The notes beneath the pieces are model-generated. The model did no database searches. It worked only from the letters and a program-made list of their open reading frames with translations, and was not told the origin of the DNA. From positions 1,664,001-1,728,000 of the forward strand of contig OZ219787.1 of assembly GCA_964291285.2 (NCBI GenBank): 64,000 nt of DNA, in the 5' to 3' direction. Position numbers and translations under genes: made by a program. Positions 45,322-56,399 of the stretch are shown here, in pieces (positions within the stretch are counted from its first letter, which is position 1; the number at the start of each line of letters is the position of its first letter). This DNA is from Alphaproteobacteria bacterium (GTDB lineage: Bacteria > Pseudomonadota > Alphaproteobacteria > Bin95).

Positions 45322-47227
45322 CCCAACTTCAACAGTGACGATTAAAAGTATTCGATAGAACAGGGAGTTACACCGGCATCGCCGGGTGTACCCACTACAT
45401 TTCGTTGATTTTGGGGACGGTCAGGCTTTGTGTTCGCGCCAGTTCGGCGGCAGCGCGATGCCGACGGCCTGGAAGACCTTTCCGACCTGGCCCTCGACAT
45501 GGGTGCGGGTGGTGATGCGCTTGCCGTCCTTCTCGATGGTGGCCTCTTGCAGGCGGTCGAGATCGCGGATCAGGTCGTCCCATTCGACGTTGACGTTGGC
45601 GGCGGCGCAGCGGTCGGCCAGTTCCTTCTGGAGGACGAGCGCGAGGAAGGAGCAGAAGACGTGGCCGCGGATCGCGGCGTCGCAGGAGTGGTAGATCGGG
45701 CGGTGCGCAACTGGGCCTTCGCCCGGCGGAACAGGTCTTCCACCGTGAGCAGCTCCCGGTAGCGGAGCACGGCATTGAGCGGCGTCATGCCGGCGTTGGT
45801 GCGCAGCACGAAGATGCCGTCGAAGCCGGCCTCCTCGGCGAGCTTGCCGGCGTCGATCTCGAACGCCTTGCCCGCGCCCGTGCGGCGCAGATAACGCCGG
45901 TAGGCGCTGTTGCCGATCAGCGCTTTCTCGCCGTCCGCAAGGCGGCGCTGGAGGCCGTCCACCACGGCCTGCCGGTCGGCGCGGTCCTTCTGTGCCTCCG
46001 CCTCGTTGCGGCACACGATGTAGCGCGCGCCGCCCACCGTGACTTCCTTCACGAACAGCTGCGTCTCGCCGCGCGGACGCTTGAGGAGCAGCGGCACAAA
46101 GGGCTTCGTGTCCTTCAGCACCACCTCGCGGACCACCTTCGTGCGCCGCTCGCGCGCGCCCAGGATGTAGTCCAGCCCCCGCTCTTCCAGCGCCGCTATC
46201 GTCGCCGCCGAGATCATCCCCCGGTCCGCCACCACGCACACACGACCGATCCCGAAGCGTGACCGAAGACGGTCCACGATCGGCAGCAGCACCCTGGTGT
46301 CGGCCGTGTTGCCCGGCAGCATCTCCGTGCACACAGGCCGGCCCTCGCCGTCCAGCACCACCGCCAGAACCATCTGGCGCAAGTCCGGGCGATGGTCCTT
46401 CGAGTAGCCGTGCGCGCCCAGCGTCTCGCCGCCCGCGCCGTGGAACGACAGCGTCGTGGTGTCCATGAACACCACAGACAGGTCGGTGAACAGGTCCCGC
46501 CTGTGCTCGAACAGACGCTCCTCGATCCCGTCCTTCACGCAGCGCGGCGCAAGCGCGCCTTCCGCCGGCGCCTCCAGCTCCTCCCCGAGCCAGGCCATCG
46601 CCCGATACAGCTGATGAAGCCGCAACCCCTCGATCCCCTCGATCGCGTAGTCGGCCATCCACTTCTCGCAGGACCGGTCCGAACCCGACACGAACAGACG
46701 GTGCAGAACGCTCACAAACACCGCCCGCTCGACGGCGAACCCGAAGCCGCGACCGTCCAGAAGCTCCTTCACGACAGCGCCCACGCCCAGCCGATCCCAC
46801 AGCCGACCGAACAGCAGCGGACCGCCGACCCGCACGCAGGCCAGCGCGCCCGCCTCCATGTCCTCCAGCACCACGGACCGCTCCGAATGGCGCGCCAGGG
46901 ACGCGATCAGACGGTCCAGCTCCCCGCTCGCCTGCAACACGTCCTTGCGGCCGAGCGCGCGGATCGTGCGCTGGCGCACCCGCTTGCCCTCGCGCACGCT
47001 CTCCACGAGGTAGAGATAGCGGTGGCCCCGGGCGGTCGTTTCGCGCACGAACATGACCGCGTTGTATGTCTTCGATATCGACCAATCAAGAAAACAAGGC
47101 CAAATCAGCAAAAATGTTTCACTACATTTTTCTCAACCCGCGCCAATCATCACCTCACTATCCAATCATTTCAACAACTTGGCGAAACCGCGCCCGGCAA
47201 AAATCGACACCGACTGTTCAAGTTGGG
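45322..47227 (-). mobile_element. IS1634-family element
   Basis: IR CCCAACTT(C/G)AACAGT; TSD CCTGA at 45317-45321 and 47228-47232. Confidence 0.93.
45421..47054 (-). pseudogene. IS1634-family transposase with a single-base frameshift near 45700
   Basis: YLYLVES, FMDTT, GYSKDHRPD, VADRGM, VEDLFR; RPIYH...IRGHVFCSFLAL continues in another frame. Confidence 0.88.
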
Positions 47228-47785
47228 CCTGAAGGCCATGACCCGCCCCCAGAGCATCGAATCCGCGACGCTCCAGGGCTCCGGGCCGTAGAACAGGATT
47301 GCGAGCTCCCAGGGAAGCGCCCCGTCGCGCGCGCCCAGCCAGGCATTCACGCCGGCGGCGTAGGCTTCCGCGACCCGCCGCAGGTCGGGCGGGAGTGCAG
47401 CCGCCTGGCTTTCCGCCTGGCGCCGGAGGCCGAGGCCGCGCGTATAGCGGTCGAATCCGAGCGCCATGCTTCCGACAAGTTCGCTCATGCGGCCCGAGCC
47501 GCCGCGGCGCATGAGCTCCATTTGCGCGAACCGGTCCTGCGCATGGACATAACCCAGGCCGAAGGCTGCGTCGACCGGATTGCCGGCCCGGATCGTCGGC
47601 ACGCCGTACCGGTCGCGCAGGACCTGGACCGGCCCTTCGAGGCCCGGCAGGCGTAGTTCGCCGTCGACTTCGGGCAACGAGGTGCGCAGCCAGAGCAACC
47701 CGGCTCCGACCGTCAGAATTATGACCACCAGCAGGGCGGTGGCGACGCGCAGCGTCCAGCGCCACAACCGCCGCCGAATGTTCAC
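47228..47785 (-). pseudogene. Penicillin acylase family gene, 5' piece
   Basis: N-terminal TM helix; RDRYGVP.I, GYVHAQDR..QM..MRR, YAAGVNA. Confidence 0.92.
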
Positions 47786-47795
47786 GGCAGCCGGC

Positions 47796-48977
47796 TCATG
47801 CGGATGCCGAAACGTTGCGCCCGGCCAACTCCTCGAGGATTCGCTCCCGGTCCTGATCGACGTCCGGGGCCGTGGCGCGGGACGCCGGGTCGTCATAGCC
47901 GGAGAGCTTGATCGGGTTGCCCGCAACCTTGAGCCGGCCGGCGGTCGGGTCGTCCACCTCGACCACCATATTGCGCGGCTCCACCTGGGGATGCGCCATC
48001 ACGGTCCCGATATCGTTGATACCGCTTGCCGGAATGCCGGCCGGGTCGAGCAGGGCGAGCCAGTCGGCCGTGCTGCGGGCAGCGAGGATGGATTCGATCT
48101 CCGCCTCGAGGCTTTCCTGGTTCTCGTTGCGCAGATTGTTGGAGGCGTAGCGCGGGTCGTCCTTCAGATCGGGCCGGTCGAGAATGTCGCAGAACCGCTG
48201 GAACATGACGTCGTTGCCCGCCGCGACCACCATCCAGCCGTCCAGCGTGCGGAAGGTCTGAAAGGGTGTGATCGACGGATGCCGTCCGCCGAGCGGCCCC
48301 GGCGACATGCCGGTCGCGCCAAAGCGGGCGACCGCGTTTTCACAGAGCGCGATCTGGCAGTCGAGCATGGAGACGTCGAGCTTGCGGCCCCGCCCGGTGC
48401 GGGCGCGGTCGTAGAGGGCTGTCACGATGCCGACGGTCGTGAACAGTCCGGCGCCGATATCGCCGATGGACATGCCGACGCGGGTCGGCTCCTGGCCCGG
48501 CTGGCCGGTGATCGACATGATGCCGCCCATCGCCTGCACCACCATGTCATAGGCCGGACGCTTGGAATGGGGGCCTGAATGGCCGAAGCCGGAGCAGGCG
48601 GCGTAGATCAGCGCCGGGTAGCGGTCCTTGAGGTCATCCCAGCCATAGCCGAGTTTCTCCATCGTGCCCGGGCGGAAATTCTCCGCCACCACATCGGCAC
48701 CGGCGAGCAGCGCCTCGAAAACCGCGCGGTCGCCGTCGTCCTTGAGGTCGAGCGCGATGCTCTCCTTGCCGCGGTTGACGGAGATGAAATAAGCCGACTT
48801 GCCGTTGACGAACGGGCCGTATTCACGGGCGTCGTCACCGCGGCCGGGCGTCTCCACCTTGATGACGCGGGCGCCGAGCTCGGCCAGGATCATGGTGGAA
48901 TACGGCCCCGCCAGCACGCGGGTGAGGTCGATGACGGTGACGCCGCTGAGCGGCCCCGTGGTCTGCTGGGTCGTCAT
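47796..48977 (-). CDS. Family III CoA-transferase (CaiB/BaiF)
   Basis: GPLSGV.VIDLTRVLAGP, NRGKES, ENFRPG, SGFG..GP, AYD. Confidence 0.94.
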   Translation of the reverse strand: MTTQQTTGPLSGVTVIDLTRVLAGPYSTMILAELGARVIKVETPGRGDDAREYGPFVNGKSAYFISVNRGKESIALDLKDDGDRAVFEALLAGADVVAENFRPGTMEKLGYGWDDLKDRYPALIYAACSGFGHSGPHSKRPAYDMVVQAMGGIMSITGQPGQEPTRVGMSIGDIGAGLFTTVGIVTALYDRARTGRGRKLDVSMLDCQIALCENAVARFGATGMSPGPLGGRHPSITPFQTFRTLDGWMVVAAGNDVMFQRFCDILDRPDLKDDPRYASNNLRNENQESLEAEIESILAARSTADWLALLDPAGIPASGINDIGTVMAHPQVEPRNMVVEVDDPTAGRLKVAGNPIKLSGYDDPASRATAPDVDQDRERILEELAGRNVSASA

Positions 48978-49135
48978 GGGCAAAGCGGTCCCCGGTTGCG
49001 GATGCTGGTATCCAGCATAAACCCGTCCGCATTGCCGCCATAGGGGCGGAAGGCGCGCATCCCGGGCCTGCCTTGAAGCCATGGGGCGGACGGGGTATCC
49101 GTGCGGCTGGAATTTCCCCGGGAGGAGCGGCGCCG

Positions 49136-49423
49136 ATGGCGTTGGACCGCGCGACTGTTGAGCGCATTGCCGCGCTCGCCCGCATCGAGATCGCCGAAGA
49201 GGAGGCGGACGCGCTCGCCGCCGAACTCGGCGCAATCCTGGGCTGGGTCGAAACCCTGAACGAGGTCGATACCGCCGAAGTCGCGCCGATGACCTCGGTC
49301 GGCGGCCACAGCCTTCCCTGGCGCGCCGACGAGGTGGACGACGGCGGCTACCCGGACCGCATCCTCTCCAATGCGCCCGACGCCGCCGGGGCGTTCTTCG
49401 CCGTGCCTAAGGTGGTGGAATGA
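49136..49423 (+). CDS. gatC: Asp/Glu-tRNA amidotransferase subunit C
   Basis: RIAALARI...L.EVDT..V.PM...ILSNAP....FFAVPKVVE. Confidence 0.95.
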   Translation: MALDRATVERIAALARIEIAEEEADALAAELGAILGWVETLNEVDTAEVAPMTSVGGHSLPWRADEVDDGGYPDRILSNAPDAAGAFFAVPKVVE

Positions 49424-50889
49424 TGCGCCGCCTCGGCGTTGCCGATATCCGTGCGGGCCTCGCAAGCGGAGAGTTCTCCGCGGTCGAACTGGTTCAGGAC
49501 CGGCTGGCGGCGCTGGAGGACGCCGAAGCGCTGAATGCTGCGGTCACGCTTATGCCCGAGCGGGCGCTGGAAGCGGCGCGGGCGGCAGACCGTCGGAGGG
49601 CGGCAGGAGAGCCCGCGTTGCCGCTCGACGGCGTGCCGGTCGCGGTGAAGGACCTGTTCTGCACCGAGGGCGTGCGGACCACGGCGTCGTCGGCCATGCT
49701 GGAGGGCTTTGTCCCGCCCTATGAGTCCACGGTGACGTCCAATCTCGTCGCTGCCGGCACGGCGCTTGTCGCGAAGACCAATCTCGACGAGTTCGCGATG
49801 GGCTCCTCCACCGCGACCTCCCATTTCGGCCCGGCGGTCAATCCCTGGAAGGCGAAGGGCGATCCGCGCCCGCGCGCGCCGGGCGGCTCCTCGGGCGGGT
49901 CTGCGGCGCTGGTCGCGGCATCCGTCGTGCCGGCCGCACTCGGCACCGATACGGGCGGCTCAATCCGCCAGCCGGCGGCGTTTTGCGGCGTTGTCGGCCT
50001 CAAACCCACCTATGGGCGCTGCTCGCGCTGGGGCATTGTCGCCTTCGCCTCCTCGCTCGACCAGGCGGGGCCGATGACCCGGAGCGTGCGCGACGCGGCC
50101 ATACTGCTCGCCGCCATGTCCGGCCATGACCCGAAGGACTCGACCAGCGCGCGCGAGCCCGTGCCGGATTTCGAGGCCGCGCTCGGCGGCGGCGTGCCGG
50201 GCCTGCGCATCGGCGTGCCGCGGGAATATCGGGTGGACGGCATGCCGGACGAGCTCGACGCTTTGTGGAGGGCGGGTGCTGCCTGGCTGGAGGAAGCCGG
50301 CGCGGAGATCGTCGACATCTCGCTGCCGCACACGCATTACGCGCTGCCGGCCTATTACATTGTGGCGCCCGCCGAGGCGTCGTCAAACCTCGCCCGTTAC
50401 GACGGCGTGCGCTACGGCCTCCGCTCTCCGGCCGAAGTCGTCGAGGAGCAATATGCGCGCACCCGCCGCGCCGGCTTCGGGGCAGAAGTCCGCAGGCGGG
50501 TGCTGATCGGCACCTATGTGCTCTCCGCCGGTTATTACGACGCCTATTATACGAAGGCGCAGCGTGTGCGCCGGCTGATCGCGCGGGACTTCGAGCAGGC
50601 GTTCGGGAAGGTCGACGCCGTGCTGACGCCGACCGCGCCGACCGCCGCGTTCCCGCTCGGGGAGAAGATGGACGACCCGATTGCGATGTATCTGAACGAC
50701 GTATTCACCGTGCCGGCGAGCCTCGCCGGCCTGCCGGGGGTCTCGGTGCCCGCGGGACTCGACGGCACGGGCCTGCCGCTCGGCCTGCAACTTATCGGCC
50801 GGCCGTTCGACGAAGCGACCGTGCTGCGCGCGGCCGAGGCGCTGGAAGAGGGCGCCGGGTTCGACACCGAGCCGGAGTTCGTGCGGTGA
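49420..50889 (+). CDS. gatA: Asp/Glu-tRNA amidotransferase subunit A
   Basis: [39 protein letters not shown]. Confidence 0.97.
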   Translation: MMRRLGVADIRAGLASGEFSAVELVQDRLAALEDAEALNAAVTLMPERALEAARAADRRRAAGEPALPLDGVPVAVKDLFCTEGVRTTASSAMLEGFVPPYESTVTSNLVAAGTALVAKTNLDEFAMGSSTATSHFGPAVNPWKAKGDPRPRAPGGSSGGSAALVAASVVPAALGTDTGGSIRQPAAFCGVVGLKPTYGRCSRWGIVAFASSLDQAGPMTRSVRDAAILLAAMSGHDPKDSTSAREPVPDFEAALGGGVPGLRIGVPREYRVDGMPDELDALWRAGAAWLEEAGAEIVDISLPHTHYALPAYYIVAPAEASSNLARYDGVRYGLRSPAEVVEEQYARTRRAGFGAEVRRRVLIGTYVLSAGYYDAYYTKAQRVRRLIARDFEQAFGKVDAVLTPTAPTAAFPLGEKMDDPIAMYLNDVFTVPASLAGLPGVSVPAGLDGTGLPLGLQLIGRPFDEATVLRAAEALEEGAGFDTEPEFVR

Positions 50890-52337
50890 GCGCCTTCATC
50901 GAAGGCCGGGACGGCGCGTGGGAATACGCCATCGGCCTTGAGGTCCATGCGCAGGTGGCCTCCTCCGCAAAGCTGTTTTCGGGGGCGCCGACCGCCTTCG
51001 GCGCGGAGCCCAACACACAAGTCAGCCTCGTCGATGCCGCCATGCCGGGCATGCTGCCTGTCATCAACCGGGTCTGCATCGAGCAGGCGGTGCGAACCGG
51101 CCTCGGTTTCGGCGGCGCCATCGCCCGCCATTCGGTGTTCGACCGCAAGAACTACTTCTATCCGGACCTGCCGCAGGGCTACCAGATATCGCAATACACA
51201 CAGCCGATCGTGTCGGGCGGATCGGTGGAGATTCCCGGTCGAACGGTGCGGATTACCCGCCTGCACCTGGAGCAGGACGCCGGCAAGAGCGTTCACGACC
51301 GGGACCCGGACCGGACCCTGATCGACCTGAACCGCGCCGGCGTGGCGCTCATGGAAATCGTGTCCGAGCCGGACCTGCGGAGCCCGGAAGAAGCGGCCGA
51401 TTTTCTCACGCGCCTCCGCGCGCTCCTGCGCTGGCTCGGCACCTGCGACGGCAACATGCAGGAGGGATCGCTGCGCTGCGACGCCAATGTGTCGGTGCGC
51501 TGTCCCGGTGCGGAACTCGGCACGCGGACGGAGATCAAAAACCTCAACTCCATCCGCTTCCTGCGCGAAGCCATCGAATATGAGGGGCAGCGCCAGGTGG
51601 AGGTCATCGAGTCGGGCGGCGAGGTCGTGCAAGAGACCCGGCTGTTCGATCCCGACCGGGGCGAGACCCGCGCCATGCGCACCAAGGAAGACGCGCACGA
51701 CTACCGCTATTTCCCCGACCCGGACCTGCTGCCGCTCGAACTCGACGAGGCGTTCATCGAGAGCATCCGCGCCTCCATGCCGGAACTGCCGGAAGCGCGC
51801 CGCGACCGTTTCATAGGGGAACTCGGCCTTTCTGAGGAGAATGCAAGAACGCTCATAGCTGATCGTGAGGTTGCCGACTATTTCGAGACAATTGTTCCCG
51901 GCCGTGACGCTACGTTGGTCGCCAACACCGTCACCGGAGAGGTAATGAGTTTGCTTAACCGGGAAGGTTTGGAGATCGTCGACGATACTTTTGTTATTCG
52001 AATGCCGCCGGAGGCGGTTGGTGAGAAGATTGACCTCGTCGCCGATGGCACGCTCTCCGGCCGCATGGGCCGGGAGGTGTTCGAGGTCATGTGGGAAACC
52101 GGGAAATCCGCCGCCGCCATTGTCGAGGAGCGGGGCCTCAAGCAGATTTCGGACACGGGCGCGCTTGAGGGTCTTGTGGACGAATTGCTGACCCGCGAAG
52201 CGGACAAGGCGGCGGAATACCGCGCCGGCAGGACCAAGCTCCTGGGCTTCTTCGTCGGGCAGGTGATGAAGGCGACCGGCGGCAAGGCCAATCCGAAAGT
52301 GGTAAATGAACTTTTGCGCTCAAAACTGGAGGTCTAA
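50886..52337 (+). CDS. gatB: Asp/Glu-tRNA amidotransferase subunit B
   Basis: [45 protein letters not shown]; GTG start. Confidence 0.97.
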   Translation: MSAFIEGRDGAWEYAIGLEVHAQVASSAKLFSGAPTAFGAEPNTQVSLVDAAMPGMLPVINRVCIEQAVRTGLGFGGAIARHSVFDRKNYFYPDLPQGYQISQYTQPIVSGGSVEIPGRTVRITRLHLEQDAGKSVHDRDPDRTLIDLNRAGVALMEIVSEPDLRSPEEAADFLTRLRALLRWLGTCDGNMQEGSLRCDANVSVRCPGAELGTRTEIKNLNSIRFLREAIEYEGQRQVEVIESGGEVVQETRLFDPDRGETRAMRTKEDAHDYRYFPDPDLLPLELDEAFIESIRASMPELPEARRDRFIGELGLSEENARTLIADREVADYFETIVPGRDATLVANTVTGEVMSLLNREGLEIVDDTFVIRMPPEAVGEKIDLVADGTLSGRMGREVFEVMWETGKSAAAIVEERGLKQISDTGALEGLVDELLTREADKAAEYRAGRTKLLGFFVGQVMKATGGKANPKVVNELLRSKLEV

Positions 52338-52342
52338 AGGGA

Positions 52343-53113
52343 ATGGTGAAGGACAAGGCGGTTCTGATTACTGGGGCCGGCAGCGGCATAGGCGAGGCTT
52401 GCGCGCATGCATTCGCCGCCGCCGGCGCGCGGCTCGCGCTTGCCGATATCGACAAGGCGGCGGCCGAGCGGGTCGCAGACGCCTGCGGCGGGGCGGGAGC
52501 CGTGATCGAGGCCGATTGCGGCGATGTCGCGTCCATCGAGGCGATGGTGGAGGCCGCAGCAAGCGCGCTCGGCGGCCTCGACGCCTCGGTCAACAACGCC
52601 GGCGTCACCCGCCACGCCGATATCATGGAGCTCACCGAGCAGGACTGGGACCGCATTCACCGGGTCAACTCCAAGGGCGTATTCTTCTGCCTGCAGAGCG
52701 TGGCGCGGCGGATGATCGAGCAGGGCCGGGGCGGGCGCATCGTCAACATCGCGTCCATTGCCGGGCGCGGCTTCAAGGGGACTTCCAACGCCGCCTACGC
52801 CGCCAGCAAAGGCGCCGTCATCTCGCTCACCAAGACCGCCGCCCAGCAACTGGGGCAATACGACATCAATGTGAATGCCGTCTGTCCGGGCGTCACATTC
52901 ACCGCGCTGGTGGAGCAGCTTGTCCGCGACCGTTCCGCCGCGCGCGGTATTTCGGCCGAGGAGATGCGCCGCAGCATGGAGGCCCCGATTCCCATCGGGC
53001 GCGGCAACGACCCCGCGGATATCGCGGCGCTCTGCGTCTTCCTGACGGGGCCGGGCTCGCGCAATGTTACCGGGCAGGCGTGGAACGTCGACGGCGGCCT
53101 GGTGCCGAGCTGA
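52343..53113 (+). CDS. SDR-family oxidoreductase
   Basis: TGAGSGIG, NNAG, YAASK. Confidence 0.93.
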   Translation: MVKDKAVLITGAGSGIGEACAHAFAAAGARLALADIDKAAAERVADACGGAGAVIEADCGDVASIEAMVEAAASALGGLDASVNNAGVTRHADIMELTEQDWDRIHRVNSKGVFFCLQSVARRMIEQGRGGRIVNIASIAGRGFKGTSNAAYAASKGAVISLTKTAAQQLGQYDINVNAVCPGVTFTALVEQLVRDRSAARGISAEEMRRSMEAPIPIGRGNDPADIAALCVFLTGPGSRNVTGQAWNVDGGLVPS

Positions 53114-53120
53114 TCCGGAT

Positions 53121-53972
53121 TCAGCTTCCCGTTTCGAGAACCCGGAGCGGCGCGCCGTCGGCTTCCAGCCCGGCGCCGTCCCCGATGCGGTCGAGGCGCA
53201 GCAGCGCGAGGCCGAGGCCGTCCCGGCTGGAGCGCATTTCCCCGACCGGGCGTCCGGCGACCGCGATTCGGGTGCCCGGCTCGACCGGGCCGTCGAGCGC
53301 CACCGGCACGAGTTGCTTGCGCACGGCGCCGCGATAGTGGGTGCGCGCCGTGACTTCCTGGCCGACATAGCAGCCCTTCTCCCAGTCCACGCCGTTCAGC
53401 CGTTCGAACCCGCTTTCCAGCAGGAACGCCTGGCCGACCGGCATGTCGCGCGAGCCGTCCGGCGCGCCCAGCCGGTAGCGCAGGGCCTCATAATCGGCGA
53501 AGTCCCCTTCCGGCAGGCCGGTCGGCGTGTCCGCCGGGCGCAGCAGCCGCACCCCGAACCTGCCGTCGCGCGGATCGACATAGGCGATGCCGCCGCCGGA
53601 GCGCGCGGTATCGCCCGGCCCGGCGCCGGCAAGGCCGAAATGCTCTGCTCCCTCCGGTGCGGCCTCCACCATCCAGCCGGCGCTTGCATCCTCTATGACG
53701 ATCTTCGCCCGGAGCCGGTAGCGCCTGAGCCGCTTCGAGAGGTCATCCAACCGGTCCGACTCACCGTCGAGATAGACCGTGCCCTCGCGTTCCACCGCGA
53801 AGACGTCGTGCAGGAACTTGCCCTGCGGGGTCAGCAGCGCGGCATAGACGGCGTTTCCGGCGCGCACCCGTTCCATGTCGTTCGACAGCAGGCCCTGCAG
53901 AAAGCCGTGGACGTCCTCGCCCGAAAGCGCCAGAACGCCCCGGTGGGGCAAGGGAATACAGGCGGGGATCAT
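53121..53972 (-). CDS. ygfZ: Folate-binding Fe-S cluster repair protein YgfZ
   Basis: G.D...FLQG, LLTPQGK, KGCYVGQE motif. Confidence 0.92.
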   Translation of the reverse strand: MIPACIPLPHRGVLALSGEDVHGFLQGLLSNDMERVRAGNAVYAALLTPQGKFLHDVFAVEREGTVYLDGESDRLDDLSKRLRRYRLRAKIVIEDASAGWMVEAAPEGAEHFGLAGAGPGDTARSGGGIAYVDPRDGRFGVRLLRPADTPTGLPEGDFADYEALRYRLGAPDGSRDMPVGQAFLLESGFERLNGVDWEKGCYVGQEVTARTHYRGAVRKQLVPVALDGPVEPGTRIAVAGRPVGEMRSSRDGLGLALLRLDRIGDGAGLEADGAPLRVLETGS

Positions 53973-54021
53973 GGCCGTCTTTGTCGCCTTTCCTGTTCTG
54001 ATGCGCAAGGGATGAGAGACC

Positions 54022-55062
54022 ATGGACCGACTGGAGATACGCCGCCCGGACGACTGGCATGTCCATTTTCGCGAGGGCGAAATGCTGCGCGCGGTCGTGC
54101 CGTTCACGGCGCGGCAGTTCGCCCGCGCCATCGTGATGCCGAACCTGGTGCCGCCGGTAACGGACGGTGCCCGCGCCCGCGCCTACCGCGACGAGATCGT
54201 GGCCGCGCTGCCTCCCGACTCGGGATTCGAGCCGCTGATGACCTGCTACCTGACGGACGGGCTCGACCCGGCCGTGATGGAGGACGAGGTTTTCACTGCC
54301 GCCAAGCTCTACCCGGCCCATGCGACCACCAACTCCGCCCACGGCGTGACCGACGTCGCGGCGCTCACCCCGGTGCTGGAGCGGATGCAGCGGATCGGCA
54401 AGCCGCTGCTCATCCACGGCGAGGTGACGCATCCCGAAGTGGATGTCTTCGACCGGGAGGCGGTGTTCGTGGAGACGGTGCTGGCCGGGCTCCGGCGCGA
54501 CTTCCCGGAGCTCAGGATCGTGCTGGAGCATGTCACCACGGCGGAAGGCGTCGCGTTCGTGGAGGAGGCAGACGGCCCGACGGCCGCGACGATCACCCCG
54601 CACCATCTGGTCATCGACCGCAACGACCTGTTGGTGGGTGGCATAAGGCCCCACCTCTACTGTCTGCCGGTCGCCAAGCGCCGCCGCCACCGGGACGCGC
54701 TCCGCCGCGCGGCGGTGTCCGGCAGTCCGCGCTTCTTCCTCGGCACCGATACCGCGCCCCATGCTGTCGGCGACAAGGAGACCGCCTGCGGCTGCGCCGG
54801 CATCTTCTGCGCGCCGACCGCTCTGGAGGTCTATGCCGAGGTCTTCGACGAGGAAGGCGCGCTCGACCGGCTGGAAGCCTTTGCGAGCCTGAACGGCCCG
54901 GCCTTCTACGGCCTCCCGCCGAACGAGGAGCGTATCCTGCTGGAACGCCGCCCCAACGAAGCCCCCGGCCTCTTCGCCGTCGGCGGCGACACCATCCTCC
55001 CCTTCCGCGCCGGCGAACGCCTGGACTGGCGGATTGCGGAGTCCTTGTTCTTTACCAATTGA
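54022..55062 (+). CDS. pyrC: Dihydroorotase (homodimeric type)
   Basis: [41 protein letters not shown]. Confidence 0.96.
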   Translation: MDRLEIRRPDDWHVHFREGEMLRAVVPFTARQFARAIVMPNLVPPVTDGARARAYRDEIVAALPPDSGFEPLMTCYLTDGLDPAVMEDEVFTAAKLYPAHATTNSAHGVTDVAALTPVLERMQRIGKPLLIHGEVTHPEVDVFDREAVFVETVLAGLRRDFPELRIVLEHVTTAEGVAFVEEADGPTAATITPHHLVIDRNDLLVGGIRPHLYCLPVAKRRRHRDALRRAAVSGSPRFFLGTDTAPHAVGDKETACGCAGIFCAPTALEVYAEVFDEEGALDRLEAFASLNGPAFYGLPPNEERILLERRPNEAPGLFAVGGDTILPFRAGERLDWRIAESLFFTN

Positions 55063-55076
55063 ACTTTTGTAAAGAA
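55048..55076. promoter_or_regulatory. Palindromic operator upstream of the TA operon
   Basis: TTCTTTAC-13 nt-GTAAAGAA overlapping TTGAAC (55059); TATCGT at 55081. Confidence 0.55.
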
Positions 55077-55121
55077 ATGGTATCGTGCGTTGAAATCGGT
55101 CATGTCGGTAAGGAAAGCCTC

Positions 55122-55349
55122 ATGCCGCGGGTGAGCGCCAAACGCCAGATCACACTGCCTGTCGAGCAATGCAGGGAAGTCGGGATCGGACCGGGGGACG
55201 AGTATCGCAGCTATGTCGCGGACGGTCGCATCACCATCGTGCGGATGACCCCCGGCGCGGCCAAGGGGGTTCTGCGGCACATTGTCGGCGATCCGGCCGT
55301 CAGCGACGAGGAATCCCTGGAGGATGCGCTTGACAGGTCGGCGCCTTGA
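55122..55349 (+). CDS. AbrB/MazE/SpoVT-family antitoxin
   Basis: MPRVSAKRQITLP....EVGIGPGDE. Confidence 0.88.
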   Translation: MPRVSAKRQITLPVEQCREVGIGPGDEYRSYVADGRITIVRMTPGAAKGVLRHIVGDPAVSDEESLEDALDRSAP

Positions 55350-55780
55350 TCGCCGTCGATACGAACGTCCTGCTTCGGTATTTGCTGCATGACAACGAAG
55401 CCCAGGCAGCGCGCGCGGAGGCCGTTTTCGAGGCGGGAGAGACCGTCCTGATCACGGATGTCGTTCTGGCGGAAACCGTGTGGACGCTTGCCGGCCGCAG
55501 ATACCGGCTGACGGAAGCCGAACTGGCGGGCACTCTCGAACGGCTGTTCAGCGATCCGTACATCCGTTTCGAGGACAACCGGGCCGTGTGGCGCGCCCTG
55601 CAGGCATTCCGAAGCACGGCGCAGATGGGCGAAGCCGGATCGGCCAGGAGCGTCGGCTTCGCCGATGCGTTGATCGTGTTCAAGGCAATGCAGGCGGCGT
55701 TGGACGCGGGCGAGGAGTTGACGCGCGTCTACACCTTCGATGCGGCAATGCAGCGCCTGCCGCATACCGCGCCGCCCTGA
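55346..55780 (+). CDS. PIN-domain toxin (VapC family)
   Basis: IAVDTNVLLRYL, VLAET.W, FADALI, YTFD; overlaps antitoxin stop. Confidence 0.9.
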   Translation: MIAVDTNVLLRYLLHDNEAQAARAEAVFEAGETVLITDVVLAETVWTLAGRRYRLTEAELAGTLERLFSDPYIRFEDNRAVWRALQAFRSTAQMGEAGSARSVGFADALIVFKAMQAALDAGEELTRVYTFDAAMQRLPHTAPP

Positions 55781-55799
55781 AGATGATCGGCCTGTCGCC

Positions 55800-56399
55800 C
55801 TAATCGCGGGCGAGCGCGCATAGGGGGCGGGCGAGGAGGTGCTGGACGTAACTGCGCAAGGCCGGGAACTCGTCCAGATGGCCCAGGCGCCGGGCCCAGT
55901 TGAGGCACCAGCCGACGATGATGTCGGTGACGGTGAACCGCTCTTCGACCAGATAGTCGTGCTGCGCCAGATGCGCCTCCGCTACCGCCGCGCTGCGCTT
56001 GAACATCTTCTCGTTCTGCTCGAAGGCGGCGGTAATGCGCTTTTCCTCCGGCAGTACATACTGGTTGACGGCGTTGTTCCAGAGCCACGCCTCCATCTCG
56101 GCGAGGCAGAACGCGACCCACTGGTCGTGCTCGGCGCGCGCGAAGGTGCCGGGCGCGGCGATCAGCTTTGCGGCCGGAACGCGGTCGGCGATGTAAGTGC
56201 AGATGGCTGCGGACTCGAACAGCGCCCGTCCGTCGATGACCGCCGCCGGTATCTTCGCCAGGGGATGATACCGCCGCATTTCCTCCAGACTCGTCATGTC
56301 GCGCCGGTCGATCGCGGCATATTCGATCCCCGCTTCCTGCAGGGTCCACTGGCAACGTGCGGACCGGTTGGTGCCGGTGCCGAACAGGGTCACTTCCAT
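55800..56399 (-). CDS. Glutathione S-transferase family protein
   Basis: RS.R..W.L.E, HPLAKIP, LFESAAI, FTVTDI. Confidence 0.92.
   Translation of the reverse strand: MEVTLFGTGTNRSARCQWTLQEAGIEYAAIDRRDMTSLEEMRRYHPLAKIPAAVIDGRALFESAAICTYIADRVPAAKLIAAPGTFARAEHDQWVAFCLAEMEAWLWNNAVNQYVLPEEKRITAAFEQNEKMFKRSAAVAEAHLAQHDYLVEERFTVTDIIVGWCLNWARRLGHLDEFPALRSYVQHLLARPLCALARD

Noticed and set aside
45690-45715. Programmed frameshift in the IS1634 transposase
   Set aside because: No slippery heptamer is present. The family normally uses one ORF, so a 1-nt loss explains it.
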